A stretch of 64,000 nucleotides of DNA from an uncultured virus (IMG/VR IMGVR_UViG_3300031999_000013) (IMGVR_UViG_3300031999_000013); one strand, 5' to 3'; positions 19,124 through 29,008 are shown, counted from the stretch's first letter. Translations and numbers: made by a program. Notes: generated by a model from the sequence alone, not told the origin.

Positions 19124-22100
19124 GAGTTCTACGATCTGACGGCAAGCTCAAAGTCGATGCGGGGATCGTCACGGGGGCGCAACCCATCGCGCTCAGTGCG
19201 GGGACGCAGTCAGCTTCAACCGGAACGATCCTCTTCCAGAACTCGAACAGCATCTCGTTCGGGATGTCGAACAGCTCGATCATCACAGCCAGCGTCGATG
19301 CTGTATTTCGCGCTGGCGTCTCCACGGGCGGGAACACCACGGGCGACACCCGAGTTACTGGCGGGCAGATCGTCTTCCAAGGCTCTAACAACATCACGCT
19401 GAGTCAGATCACGGGCGCTGGCAACGCCAACACAGTAGTCATCTCGGCGTCGAGTGGCGGCGCATCCGTCGATGCATCGTGGAACTTCGATACGTCGACG
19501 GTCGCTGCGGATCCGGGGAACAAGAAGTTCCGCCTGAACAACGCGACGCTGGCATCGGTCACCGAGATCTACGTCAACGATACGACGAACCAAGGCTTTG
19601 ATATTGGTCAGATCGCCTCGTTCTTGGCGTCGGGAATGCGGATCTATATCCAGCAGAAAAACGACTCAACGCGCGCAGCTCTCTTTCAGGTAACTGGCGC
19701 AGCAACAGACAACACCGGCTGGTGGACGATCCCGGTCTCCGTTGTGAATAGCGGGACGATCTATCAGGCCAACGCTGATTGCGCATTCGTATTCGTTCTT
19801 TCCGCAGCCGGTGCGTCAGCGAACATCACTGCGTTCGCAACCTCGAACACGACCCAGTCGAGCACCGGAATCCTTTCCACCAACTCGATGATCTTCGCGG
19901 GCGCTGGCGGCGTCTCTGTGGGGATCAGCAACGGTAGCGTTGTGATCTCGGGCGGTGGCGGCGCGCCGTTCGGTATCAGCGCGGGTACGCAAAGCGTATC
20001 CACCGGCACGATGGTGTTCTCGAACTCAAACAACATCTCATTTGGGATGTCTGGCAGTTCGCGAATCACGGCATCGATTGACGGGGTCATGTCGGTCAGT
20101 GCCGGCACTACGCGCGCGACGAATGGAGAGGTGGTCTTCTCCAACAGCAACAACGTGTCGTTCGGAATCAACGGCAACACAGTGACGGCGTCAGTGACGA
20201 TCGCCACGTCGCTGACCAACATCAACGTCAGCGCGGGCACCACGTCGAACAACCTCAGCGCGATGGTCTTCTCGAACTCGAATAACGTCTCGTTCGGTCT
20301 CAATGGCTCGACGATCACGGCGACCATCACGGTTCCGCCAGAGACGCCGTTCGGTGTAAGCGCCGGCACTCAAAGTGTGTCGACGGGCACCTTGGTGTTC
20401 TCGAATTCGAACAACGTCACGTTCGGTATGTCGGGAAGTTCGCGCATCACAGCAAGCTTCTCAACGCTCCCAGAAACGCCCTTCGGTGTCAGCGCTGGTA
20501 CGCAAAGCGTATCAACTGGAACGATGATATTTGCGAACAGCAACAGCATCACTTTCGGGATGTCTGGCTCTTCGCAGATCACAGCAAGCTTCTCCACGCT
20601 CCCCGAGACACCGTTTGGAATTAGTGCCGGAACGCAATCAGCGTCGACCGGAACCATGATCTTCTCGAACAGCAACAACTTCACGTTTGGCATGTCGGGC
20701 AGCTCTCGAATCACTGTGAGCTACACCGCGCCAGTGGTATCGAATGCGCTGCAATCCGTTGGCTCGGCGACGGGGTCAGGCACTAACACCTCGCGCTTCG
20801 CTGCAGATGATCACGTGCATGCCGGCGTGTTCTCCATGGGCGTCTCAACCGCTGGTAACACAATCGGCAACACGCGCGTCGACGTGGGTCAATTCGTCTT
20901 CCAAGGCGGCGCGAACGTCACGCTCAGTCAGATCACTGCGATCAACGCTCTGAACACGATCCTCATCTCCGCTGCTGCGGGTGGTGGCGGCGGCATGGGC
21001 ATCAGCGCTGGCACCCAGTCGGTCTCGACCGGCACGATGATCTTCGCGAACAGCAACTTTGTTACATTCGGGATGTCGGGTTCATCGCAGATCACCGCGA
21101 GCTATACAGCTCCGGTGGTATCGAATGCAATTCAGGCTGTTGGTTCCGCGACTGGATCCGGAACGAATACCTCGCGCTTTGCCGCTGACGATCACGTTCA
21201 CGCGGGCGTGTTCTCTATGGGTGCCTCGACTGCCGGCAACACGCTGGGTGACACGCGTGTAGGTGCCGGGCAGTTCGTCATTCAGGGCGGCCCCAACATC
21301 ACGGTGAGCCAGATCACCGCCGCTGGCGCGCTGAACACCATCGTTCTCTCTGGTGGCGCAGGCGCGGCCGGTAATACCGGTTCCCTCAGCGCGGGCACAA
21401 CGCGCGGAACGCTTGGCGAGATCGTCTTCGCGAACTCGAACGGCGTCTCGTTCGGCATGAATGGTCAGACCATGACGGGGTCTGTCGCCACGAGTCTGAC
21501 CAACATCAACGTCAGCGCTGGGACGACGTCCAACAACCTCAGCGCAATGGTGTTCAGCAATTCGAACAACGTTTCGTTCGGAATGAATGGCTCGACCGTG
21601 ACGGCAACGATCACGGTTCCGCCAGAGACGCCGTTCGGCATCAGCGCCGGTACTCAGTCAGTCTCGACTGGCACGATGGTCTTCTCGGATTCAAACGGCA
21701 TCAGCTTCGGGATGTCGGGCAGCTCGCGCATCACCGCAAGCTATACGGTCCCGACTGTTATGGGCATCAGCGCCGGCACGCAGAGCGTGAACACCGGCAC
21801 GGTGGTGTTCTCAAACTCGAACAACGTCACGTTCGGTATGTCCGGAAGTTCAAGGATCACGGCAAGCTTCTCGGAGACGCCGTTCGGTATCAGCGCGGGC
21901 ACTCAGTCAGTCTCGACCGGCACGATGATATTTGCGAACAGCAACAGCATCACCTTTGGGATGTCGGGTTCGAGCCAGATCACGGCGAGCTTCTCGACGG
22001 CACCCGAGACGCCGTTCGGCGTGAGCGCTGGTACTCAGAGCGTGTCCACCGGCACGCTGGTATTTAGCAATTCGAACAACATCACTTTCGGGATGTCTGG

Positions 22101-23541
22101 CAGCTCGCGGATCACTGCGAGCTTCTCGACCTTGCCGGAGACGCCGTTCGGGATCAGTGCCGGCACGCAAAGCGTGTCGACCGGAACCATGGTGTTCTCC
22201 AACAGCAACGGCATCAGCTTCGGGATGTCGAACTCGAACGCAATCACCGCGAGCTTCACGCGAAACGTCGCCTCGAACGCGATTCAGTCTGTTGGCTCGG
22301 CGACCGGATCCGGAACAAACACCAGCAGGTTCGCCGCTGACGATCATGTGCATGCTGGTGTCTTCAGCATGGGCGTCAGCACGGGCGGCAACACCGCCAA
22401 CCAGACGCGCGTTGATGTGGGGCGCTTCGTCTTCGAGGGCGGTAACAACGTCACCCTGTCGCAGGTCACCGCGGCCGGCGCGCTCAACACCATCGTCATC
22501 TCTGCCGGGGGCGGCGCGGGCGGCGGCAACATCAACGCGTTCGCAACTTCGAACACGACGCAGTCGAGCACCGGGGTTCTCTCGACCGCGTCGATGATCT
22601 TTGCCGGTGCTGGCGGCGTGTCGGTCGGGATCAGCAACGGTAGTGTCGTCATCTCTGGCGGAGCCGGTGGAGGCGGCGCGTTCTCTGCGGGTATCTCGAC
22701 GCAGGGCAACACGGCTGGCACGACTGGCTTTATTGGCAGCCAGATCCAGTTCGTCGGATCGGGTCCGATGTCGCTCTCGCAGTCGGTGAACGGTCAGTCA
22801 GCAACGCTATCGATCATTGGCCCGGCAACGTCCAGCTTGTCAGCGACAGGCATTGTCTCAATCTCTGTTAACGCCTCGACGATCAGCATCGGCGCGCCGC
22901 TGGGCGGAGGCATTACCCTCGAAGGCTTCATGCCAGCCGGTTTGATGGACGCATTGTGGGTAACCACAGTAGCCGGTCAGAGCACGGTGATGGTCGAGCC
23001 GATGGACGTGCCTCTCGCGTTCAAATTCGACCGCGTCCTGCAGCCGATTTTCATGACGGCTACATCGAATTTGTCGGGCTCTCACACGCTGTCGTTCCAT
23101 GTCGGAATTTTCACTCGCAACGGCTCTACGTTATCGTTGCTGAGCAGCACATCGACAACTTACGCGCTCACACATTCTGGAACGGCGGGCAGTTATAGCC
23201 GGTGGTCAGGCCTGCGTTTCATGTCGATTCCATGGACGGGAACGCTGACAGCCGGCAACTACTGGATGGCGTTCTTGAGTCGCACCACGACCGCTGGAGC
23301 GGGTGGTGCCAGCTACTCGCAGATGGCTCTCTCAAGGCTAAACTCGAACATCGTCGGTCACTTCAATACGGCGGCTCTCACGCTCGGCATCCAGTTTCCT
23401 GAAGGCCTTGGAACATATAACGCTGGAGTGTCAACTATGCCCGGTAGCATGGGATTTTCCGACTTGCGCGGGACGGCATCGCAAGCGATTCGCCCGCTGG
23501 TGTATTACTTTGCGAGCGACACGCACAACGCCGTCGCTTAA
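19120..23541 (+). CDS. 1473-aa Ser/Thr/Gly/Asn-rich repeat fibre/adhesin
   Basis: About 15 copies of a ~40-aa SAGT...F.NSN..FG....ITAS unit, three DDHVHAG units, unique C-terminal head. Confidence 0.85.
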   Translation: MRVLRSDGKLKVDAGIVTGAQPIALSAGTQSASTGTILFQNSNSISFGMSNSSIITASVDAVFRAGVSTGGNTTGDTRVTGGQIVFQGSNNITLSQITGAGNANTVVISASSGGASVDASWNFDTSTVAADPGNKKFRLNNATLASVTEIYVNDTTNQGFDIGQIASFLASGMRIYIQQKNDSTRAALFQVTGAATDNTGWWTIPVSVVNSGTIYQANADCAFVFVLSAAGASANITAFATSNTTQSSTGILSTNSMIFAGAGGVSVGISNGSVVISGGGGAPFGISAGTQSVSTGTMVFSNSNNISFGMSGSSRITASIDGVMSVSAGTTRATNGEVVFSNSNNVSFGINGNTVTASVTIATSLTNINVSAGTTSNNLSAMVFSNSNNVSFGLNGSTITATITVPPETPFGVSAGTQSVSTGTLVFSNSNNVTFGMSGSSRITASFSTLPETPFGVSAGTQSVSTGTMIFANSNSITFGMSGSSQITASFSTLPETPFGISAGTQSASTGTMIFSNSNNFTFGMSGSSRITVSYTAPVVSNALQSVGSATGSGTNTSRFAADDHVHAGVFSMGVSTAGNTIGNTRVDVGQFVFQGGANVTLSQITAINALNTILISAAAGGGGGMGISAGTQSVSTGTMIFANSNFVTFGMSGSSQITASYTAPVVSNAIQAVGSATGSGTNTSRFAADDHVHAGVFSMGASTAGNTLGDTRVGAGQFVIQGGPNITVSQITAAGALNTIVLSGGAGAAGNTGSLSAGTTRGTLGEIVFANSNGVSFGMNGQTMTGSVATSLTNINVSAGTTSNNLSAMVFSNSNNVSFGMNGSTVTATITVPPETPFGISAGTQSVSTGTMVFSDSNGISFGMSGSSRITASYTVPTVMGISAGTQSVNTGTVVFSNSNNVTFGMSGSSRITASFSETPFGISAGTQSVSTGTMIFANSNSITFGMSGSSQITASFSTAPETPFGVSAGTQSVSTGTLVFSNSNNITFGMSGSSRITASFSTLPETPFGISAGTQSVSTGTMVFSNSNGISFGMSNSNAITASFTRNVASNAIQSVGSATGSGTNTSRFAADDHVHAGVFSMGVSTGGNTANQTRVDVGRFVFEGGNNVTLSQVTAAGALNTIVISAGGGAGGGNINAFATSNTTQSSTGVLSTASMIFAGAGGVSVGISNGSVVISGGAGGGGAFSAGISTQGNTAGTTGFIGSQIQFVGSGPMSLSQSVNGQSATLSIIGPATSSLSATGIVSISVNASTISIGAPLGGGITLEGFMPAGLMDALWVTTVAGQSTVMVEPMDVPLAFKFDRVLQPIFMTATSNLSGSHTLSFHVGIFTRNGSTLSLLSSTSTTYALTHSGTAGSYSRWSGLRFMSIPWTGTLTAGNYWMAFLSRTTTAGAGGASYSQMALSRLNSNIVGHFNTAALTLGIQFPEGLGTYNAGVSTMPGSMGFSDLRGTASQAIRPLVYYFASDTHNAVA

Positions 23542-23562
23542 CGATCCAACAGAGGGGATAAG

Positions 23563-24066
23563 ATGGCTGATAACAAGATTGAATACGGTGCCAGCGCGGC
23601 GATTGCGATCACGCTGGCGTCACTGGCGAGCGACACCAGCCTTCTCATTGGCCGTCAGTCAGACATCGTCAACAACACGGTCAACAAGTACCTCGACTAC
23701 ATCGTTGCCGGGAAGATCACCACCGGGACCACGCCAACCACCGCGCGGTATCTCGACGTGTGGCTCTTCGGTCAGGTTGAGGACACCCCCATATACCCAG
23801 ATACCTTGGCTGGGGTAGACGCGGCGAGAACCCTGACCAGCGCAGAGATCAAATTCAACGCGCTCGCGAACCTCGCATCAATACTGGTGAGCGCGACAAG
23901 CAACATCACATACTGGATTAGGCCAACCAGCGTCGCGTCGCTGTTCGGTGGCGTGGTGCCGAAGCGGTGGGGGGTCTGGGTCGCGCACTCTTCAGTGGCC
24001 GCGCTTCATGCGACGGGATCTAACCACGCGTTCTGGCAAACCCCGGTGTACGCGACGCTGATATGA
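23563..24066 (+). CDS. tail-associated hypothetical protein
   Basis: AGAGGGG SD; ITLASLA, I.TGT.PT, P..WG beta-rich protein. Confidence 0.7.
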   Translation: MADNKIEYGASAAIAITLASLASDTSLLIGRQSDIVNNTVNKYLDYIVAGKITTGTTPTTARYLDVWLFGQVEDTPIYPDTLAGVDAARTLTSAEIKFNALANLASILVSATSNITYWIRPTSVASLFGGVVPKRWGVWVAHSSVAALHATGSNHAFWQTPVYATLI

Positions 24067-24869
24067 AGCGCGCAACATTCAACGGCACGAGGATTCTCAG
24101 GCCGTTTCGGGCTGCGTCAGGTGTCGCAACCACGCGCGTTCAGACCGCGCTCGGCGGGCAGCCGCGGCGCATTTACATGGGGATGTGGTGTAGGGTTTAC
24201 GCATCGACGACCAACATCCCATTGATGTCCGTATGGGATCCAACGACGCTCAGCACTGAGACGACCCTGACCATTGATGGGGCGGGCCTGTTCCGGTTGA
24301 CGGTCACGGGTGCCGTCGTCGTAACGCAGATCGGGCCACCGGCTGATGGGACTTGGTTCTACATCTTTTTTTACGCTGACGACACCATTACGCAGGCGAC
24401 GTGGGCGCAGTACGGCAGGCGCTTCCAGACGACCATTCTCAGTGCTGTCTCGTGTTCCTATACCGACCAGACGCAGTCATTCGGGAACATATGGTCGCTC
24501 TCCGCAACCGGGCCGGCCGCGAGCTTCGGCGTCGACTATCTCTTCCCGAGGTTTTATCGCATCAGCGATGAGAGCATCGAAAACGGTGGGGACATCAGGC
24601 TCTTTGCTTTTAGAGAAATGTATTCACCGAAGCCGACCATAGCCTCGTTGGAGTCGAGCTGCTGGATTGATGCGTCCGACAGAGACGTCTATGGCAACGT
24701 GGACGGCACGAACAAGGCGCTCTGGTCCCAGACCCAGTACGACACGCCCGCTGGCGAGGTTCCGATTGGCCCGCACAAAATCACTCGGCTGCTAAAGCCG
24801 ATGGCGAATTACCCGCTCGTGGCTAGTTTCCCGCCGATTCCATCAACCATGGCGTGGATACAAGCGTAA
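24063..24869 (+). CDS. hypothetical protein, possibly LamG-like
   Basis: ATGA overlap; beta-rich with GTWFYIFF. Confidence 0.6.
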   Translation: MKRATFNGTRILRPFRAASGVATTRVQTALGGQPRRIYMGMWCRVYASTTNIPLMSVWDPTTLSTETTLTIDGAGLFRLTVTGAVVVTQIGPPADGTWFYIFFYADDTITQATWAQYGRRFQTTILSAVSCSYTDQTQSFGNIWSLSATGPAASFGVDYLFPRFYRISDESIENGGDIRLFAFREMYSPKPTIASLESSCWIDASDRDVYGNVDGTNKALWSQTQYDTPAGEVPIGPHKITRLLKPMANYPLVASFPPIPSTMAWIQA

Positions 24870-24871
24870 CG

Positions 24872-24899
24872 TTGATCCGGGTCGAATAAGCTATACAAT
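24872..24899 (+). promoter_or_regulatory. sigma70-like promoter upstream of sugar-modification cassette
   Basis: TTGATC-N16-TACAAT in a rare intergenic gap. Confidence 0.5.
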
Positions 24900-24941
24900 C
24901 ACAACGCCCCACCAAAGGTGGCGCTCGAACAAGGATGATGA

Positions 24942-25679
24942 ATGAGCAAACCGCAGATCGTCTCTCTGCCGTCTGGACATCACAACGAAGATCTGCCGAG
25001 ATCAACCGACCGCATCCTCAGAGGCGGCTCGTGGAAGAAGCAGCGCATCGTAGTTATCCTCCCCTCTGCGGACCTGATCCCAGCCAAGGTTGCACTGTCG
25101 CACTGGTCGCTGATCTTCCCGCCAAACCAAGCCACTCATCGGATGCTCGCGCTTGGCATGGAAGTGGGTGATGCCTATTCGAATACGATCAACGAAATCA
25201 TTAACCACCCAGAGCTTTCGCAGTGGGAGTACATCCTCACGATTGAGGCCGACAATTGCCCGCAGCAAGACGGTGTCGTGCGTCTGGTGCAGCAGATGGA
25301 GGCGCACCCCGAGCTTGCGTGTGTCGGCGGCCTGTACTGGACCAAGGGTGTTGGTGGTGTACCGCAGATCTGGGGAGACCCGCACGACCTGCAGCTGAAC
25401 TATCGGCCGCAAGCGCCAGTGAGCGGACAGCTGGTCGAATGCTGCGGCACCGGCATGGGGTTCAACCTCTGGCGCATCAGCATGTTCAAGGACGCGCGCC
25501 TGCGTCGCCCATGGTTCAAAACGCTCAATGGTACGGAAGGTCTGGGTGTCGGCACGCAGGATCTCTACTTCTGGGGTAACGCGCGTCAGTTCGGATATCG
25601 GTGCGCGGTCGATTGCGGAGTGCTCGTAGGGCACTACGACTACGCTGGCAACTTTGGTTCTCCTGACAAGATGTGGTGA
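24942..25679 (+). CDS. GT-A-fold glycosyltransferase-like protein
   Basis: YILTIEADN (DxD-like), VGGLY, GTGMGF.L, QDLYF, VGH. Confidence 0.75.
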   Translation: MSKPQIVSLPSGHHNEDLPRSTDRILRGGSWKKQRIVVILPSADLIPAKVALSHWSLIFPPNQATHRMLALGMEVGDAYSNTINEIINHPELSQWEYILTIEADNCPQQDGVVRLVQQMEAHPELACVGGLYWTKGVGGVPQIWGDPHDLQLNYRPQAPVSGQLVECCGTGMGFNLWRISMFKDARLRRPWFKTLNGTEGLGVGTQDLYFWGNARQFGYRCAVDCGVLVGHYDYAGNFGSPDKMW

Positions 25680-25683
25680 TGCT

Positions 25684-25815
25684 ATGGCGAAGATGAAGTC
25701 GAAGAAGCAGGTCGGTTTGCTGTTGAGCAAGGGCAGCCCACTGACGCCGGCTCAACAGAAGAAGCTCAAAGGCGAACTCCACTCTGGCGCGGTGAAGGTC
25801 AAGAAAGGAAAGTGA
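25684..25815 (+). CDS. 43-aa Lys-rich peptide MAKMKSKKQVGLLLSKGSPLTPAQQKKLKGELHSGAVKVKKGK (not in ORF track)
   Basis: Translated by hand; fills the gap, GTGA overlap with next gene. Confidence 0.65.
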   Translation: MAKMKSKKQVGLLLSKGSPLTPAQQKKLKGELHSGAVKVKKGK

Positions 25816-26852
25816 AGATACTCATTACCGGTGGGGCCGGATTCATCGGGCACCACATCGTCGAGTACTTCCTGCGTCACTCGACACATACGATGACGCT
25901 GCTGGATCGGCTTGACCTGTCTGGTAATCTCAATCGGCTCTCTGAAGTAGTCGCTCAGCAATACGTGAGCGCGTTCGACAAAGAGAACAAGAGCCGCGTT
26001 CGATTCATTTACCACGACCTGAAGTCGCCGATCAGCGATCAGCTCGCGTATCAGATTGGCGCGCACGACATCATCTTGCACATGGCGGCAGCAACGCATG
26101 TTGATCGCAGCATCACGCACCCCATGGAGTTCGTGATGGACAACGTCGTCGGGACAACCAACATCCTCGACTTCGCGCGCAAGGTTGGGTGCCTGATGTT
26201 CATTCAGTTCTCGACTGACGAAGTGTTCGGTCCCGCCCCGCCCGGCGTCGCGTACAAGGAAGACGATCGCTACCGGTCAGGGAATCCGTACGCGGCATCC
26301 AAAGCTGGCGCGGAAGAGATGGCGATTGCCTATCACAACACTTACGGCGTTCCGGTAGTTGTGACTCACACCATGAACGTTGTTGGCGAGCGTCAGCATC
26401 CAGAGAAGTTCGTTCCGCTGGTGATCTCAAAGGTAGCTCGCGAGCAGACCGTAACCATTCACGCTGACAAGACTCTCAAGGTGTCAGGCTCACGCTTCTA
26501 CATCCACGCGCAGCACGTCGCCGAAGCGATTCGATTCATCATTCGCCACGGCTCGCCGGGCGAGAAGTACAACATCTGCGGACGCAAAGAGGTGAGCAAC
26601 CTTGAGCTTGCGCAGCGGATTGCCGAAATCATGGAGATCCCCCTTCTGTACAAGATGGTGGACTTCCATTCCAGTCGCCCCGGACATGACCTGCGTTATG
26701 CCTTGGACGGATCGAAGTTGCAGTCGATGGGCTTTGTGCCGAGTTCGGATGACGATCTCCGCCTCAGCGAAATTGTGTCTTGGTATACCAGCAACCCGGC
26801 GTGGTTACACACCTTGGGGGAGAAATTGAGTGATGAAGAAGAAGCTGCCTAA
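25812..26852 (+). CDS. rfbB: dTDP-glucose 4,6-dehydratase-like (RmlB/RfbB) extended SDR
   Basis: ITGGAGFIG, H.AA.THVDRSI, STDEVFG, PYAASK, QHPEKF.P, RPGHDLRYALD. Confidence 0.93.
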   Translation: MKILITGGAGFIGHHIVEYFLRHSTHTMTLLDRLDLSGNLNRLSEVVAQQYVSAFDKENKSRVRFIYHDLKSPISDQLAYQIGAHDIILHMAAATHVDRSITHPMEFVMDNVVGTTNILDFARKVGCLMFIQFSTDEVFGPAPPGVAYKEDDRYRSGNPYAASKAGAEEMAIAYHNTYGVPVVVTHTMNVVGERQHPEKFVPLVISKVAREQTVTIHADKTLKVSGSRFYIHAQHVAEAIRFIIRHGSPGEKYNICGRKEVSNLELAQRIAEIMEIPLLYKMVDFHSSRPGHDLRYALDGSKLQSMGFVPSSDDDLRLSEIVSWYTSNPAWLHTLGEKLSDEEEAA

Positions 26853-27486
26853 GCCGCGCCCAGCGGCAAAAAAGAAGTCACCCAAAAACATTCGGGTGAT
26901 CAAACCTAAGCCGGTGGCACAAGAGATCAAGCTTGATCTGGGCTGCGGCATCAACAAGGTCGCCGGCTACATCGGCGTCGATGCGATGTCGTTCCCCGGC
27001 GTCGATGTCGTTACCGATCTGCGAGAGCCGTGGCCTTGGGAAGACGACAGCGTCACCGATGTGCATTGCTCGCACTTCTTCGAGCACCTCACCAATCCGG
27101 AGCGCATTCACTTCTGGAACGAGCTGCATCGCGTGCTGAAGGTTGGCAAGCAGGCGCGCGTGATAACTCCGCACTGGTCTCATGCATGCGCGTACGGCGA
27201 TCCGACGCATCAGTGGCCGGGCGTCAGCGAGTGGACGGTGTTCTACACGAACGCTGCGTGGCGGGCGGTCAATGCGCCGCACGTACCGCTGACGTGTGAC
27301 TTCGACTGGCAGTACACAGGCAGCTGGGATCCGTGGCTGAACGACCGGAACCAAGAGTTCAAGATGGACAACATGCAACACAACGTGAACAGCTTCAGGG
27401 ACATCACGTTCATCGTCTCGAAGCGCGACCCAGCCATGAGCATGGCGCAGGCTCCAGTGCAGCCGTTGGCGAATACCGGAGGGTAA
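26833..27486 (+). CDS. class I SAM-dependent methyltransferase
   Basis: KLDLGCG, SHFFEHL, RVLK.G, DPTH. Confidence 0.88.
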   Translation: MKKKLPKPRPAAKKKSPKNIRVIKPKPVAQEIKLDLGCGINKVAGYIGVDAMSFPGVDVVTDLREPWPWEDDSVTDVHCSHFFEHLTNPERIHFWNELHRVLKVGKQARVITPHWSHACAYGDPTHQWPGVSEWTVFYTNAAWRAVNAPHVPLTCDFDWQYTGSWDPWLNDRNQEFKMDNMQHNVNSFRDITFIVSKRDPAMSMAQAPVQPLANTGG

Positions 27487-27489
27487 TGC

Positions 27490-28008
27490 GTGACCATTAC
27501 GGTACGCAGGGCTAAGCCGTTCGACGCCTCGAACCTGTGTCGATTGCTCGATCAGGCATACGAGGACTCGGGCGGCGGCGTCTACCCGGAGGTCGACCAG
27601 CGATCAATGCTGGCGTGGGTGGCTGACGTCCTTAGCCGTGGCTACGTGATCGTCGCGGAGAAGTCCGGACGGATCGTTGGATCGATCGCTTTGTGCGATT
27701 TCCAGTTCCCGTGGAACCCCAGATGGTATCTTTCGATGGAGTGGTTTTACGTGAGCCCTGCTTTCAGAGAGAATGGCACAGCTGACGCCCTCATAAAGGC
27801 CGCGCACGCTTTCGCTGACACCGGGAAACCGGGTGGTATTAGCATCCTCGCCGGGTTGACCTCGGCCAAGCATGCCGCAGTCAAAGATCGCCTTATGCGT
27901 ATGAAGGGGTACACCTACATGGGTGGCACCTTTATGAGGAAGCCAAATGAGCTGGAAGTCGGGAAGCACGAAACAGACGTCGACGTACAAGCCCCCGTCG
28001 TGGGTTGA
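27490..28008 (+). CDS. GNAT-family acetyltransferase
   Basis: VAE..G.IVG, WFYVSPAFR..G.A..LI, GY...G; precedes ejection genes. Confidence 0.85.
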   Translation: MTITVRRAKPFDASNLCRLLDQAYEDSGGGVYPEVDQRSMLAWVADVLSRGYVIVAEKSGRIVGSIALCDFQFPWNPRWYLSMEWFYVSPAFRENGTADALIKAAHAFADTGKPGGISILAGLTSAKHAAVKDRLMRMKGYTYMGGTFMRKPNELEVGKHETDVDVQAPVVG

Positions 28009-29008
28009 GGACGCATCGAAGTCCGCGCTCGCGAAAGCGACTGAGTACTCGAACAAGCCCTACGAAGACTATTCCACGGCGAGCCGGTTTGCGCCGCTCA
28101 CCGGGAATGAGAACCAAGCCTACGATCGAGCCGCTGCCGGCGACCCGAACATTCAGGGCGACATGGCGGCGTCGCGCGCCGCAATCCAGCAGGGTCAGCG
28201 TCGCTTCACGGAAGCCGACATGGGCGCGTACATGAACCCCTACATCAAGGGGGCGCTGGACCCGGCCGCGCGCGAGCTGGAGAAGCGCATCGCGTCGAGC
28301 AGAAACGATCTCGCCAGCTCTCAATCAAGTCGCGGAGCCTTCTCGGGTTCGCGCGCCGTGCTTGCGGATCGCGAGATGGCTGCCGCTGGCGACCAGCAGA
28401 TGAGCGACCTGTGGGGCAAGGGATACGCGAACGCCTTCGAGAGCGCCTCCGACAAGTGGTACAAGGACCAGCAAAACCAGTTCACCGCGTCGGATCATTT
28501 CATGAGAAGCGCCGGTCTGGGTTCGGACCTGATCGATGCCGACACTCGTCGACTCATGGGTACAGGTCAGATCAAACGCAGCGTCGAGCAGTCGATGAAG
28601 GACTTCGATTACGGGAAGTTCATTGAGAATCGAGACTGGGGTGTCAAGCAAGCCAGCGTGATGATCGATGCGCTGCGCGGCATCAAGGGTTCCTACACAG
28701 AGCAGAACGTCACCAAGAGCGTAAGCAACCCGTCAGGCCTGAGCACAGTCCTTGGCGCGGTGTCGACGATTGCCGGGCTCGCCCAGCCAATGGGTGGTCA
28801 GTCTGCGGCCGGCTCGCAGCTGCTGTCTGGTGGCAACGCGATGCTCAGTGGCGGGCCTGCGCTTGGCGGCGCTGTAGGCGGCGGCGCGGCGATGTCTTCT
28901 GGAATGGGATCGGCAAGCATGTTTGGTGGTGCTGGGACCGCTGGAGTTGGCGCTGGTGCCGGCACCGGGGGGTCGATGCTTGTTGAGGCCGGTGCGTTGC
29001 TCGCGTAA
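27947..29008 (+). CDS. DNA ejection/pilot protein (internal virion)
   Basis: P.W, PY..Y, YMNPY, GAF.GSR motifs and Gly/Ala-rich tail. Confidence 0.75.
   Translation: MSWKSGSTKQTSTYKPPSWVEDASKSALAKATEYSNKPYEDYSTASRFAPLTGNENQAYDRAAAGDPNIQGDMAASRAAIQQGQRRFTEADMGAYMNPYIKGALDPAARELEKRIASSRNDLASSQSSRGAFSGSRAVLADREMAAAGDQQMSDLWGKGYANAFESASDKWYKDQQNQFTASDHFMRSAGLGSDLIDADTRRLMGTGQIKRSVEQSMKDFDYGKFIENRDWGVKQASVMIDALRGIKGSYTEQNVTKSVSNPSGLSTVLGAVSTIAGLAQPMGGQSAAGSQLLSGGNAMLSGGPALGGAVGGGAAMSSGMGSASMFGGAGTAGVGAGAGTGGSMLVEAGALLA

Noticed and set aside
26833..27486. Methyltransferase as a DNA methyltransferase
   Set aside because: Lacks DPPY/NPPY or PC catalytic motifs; resembles small-molecule/sugar methyltransferases
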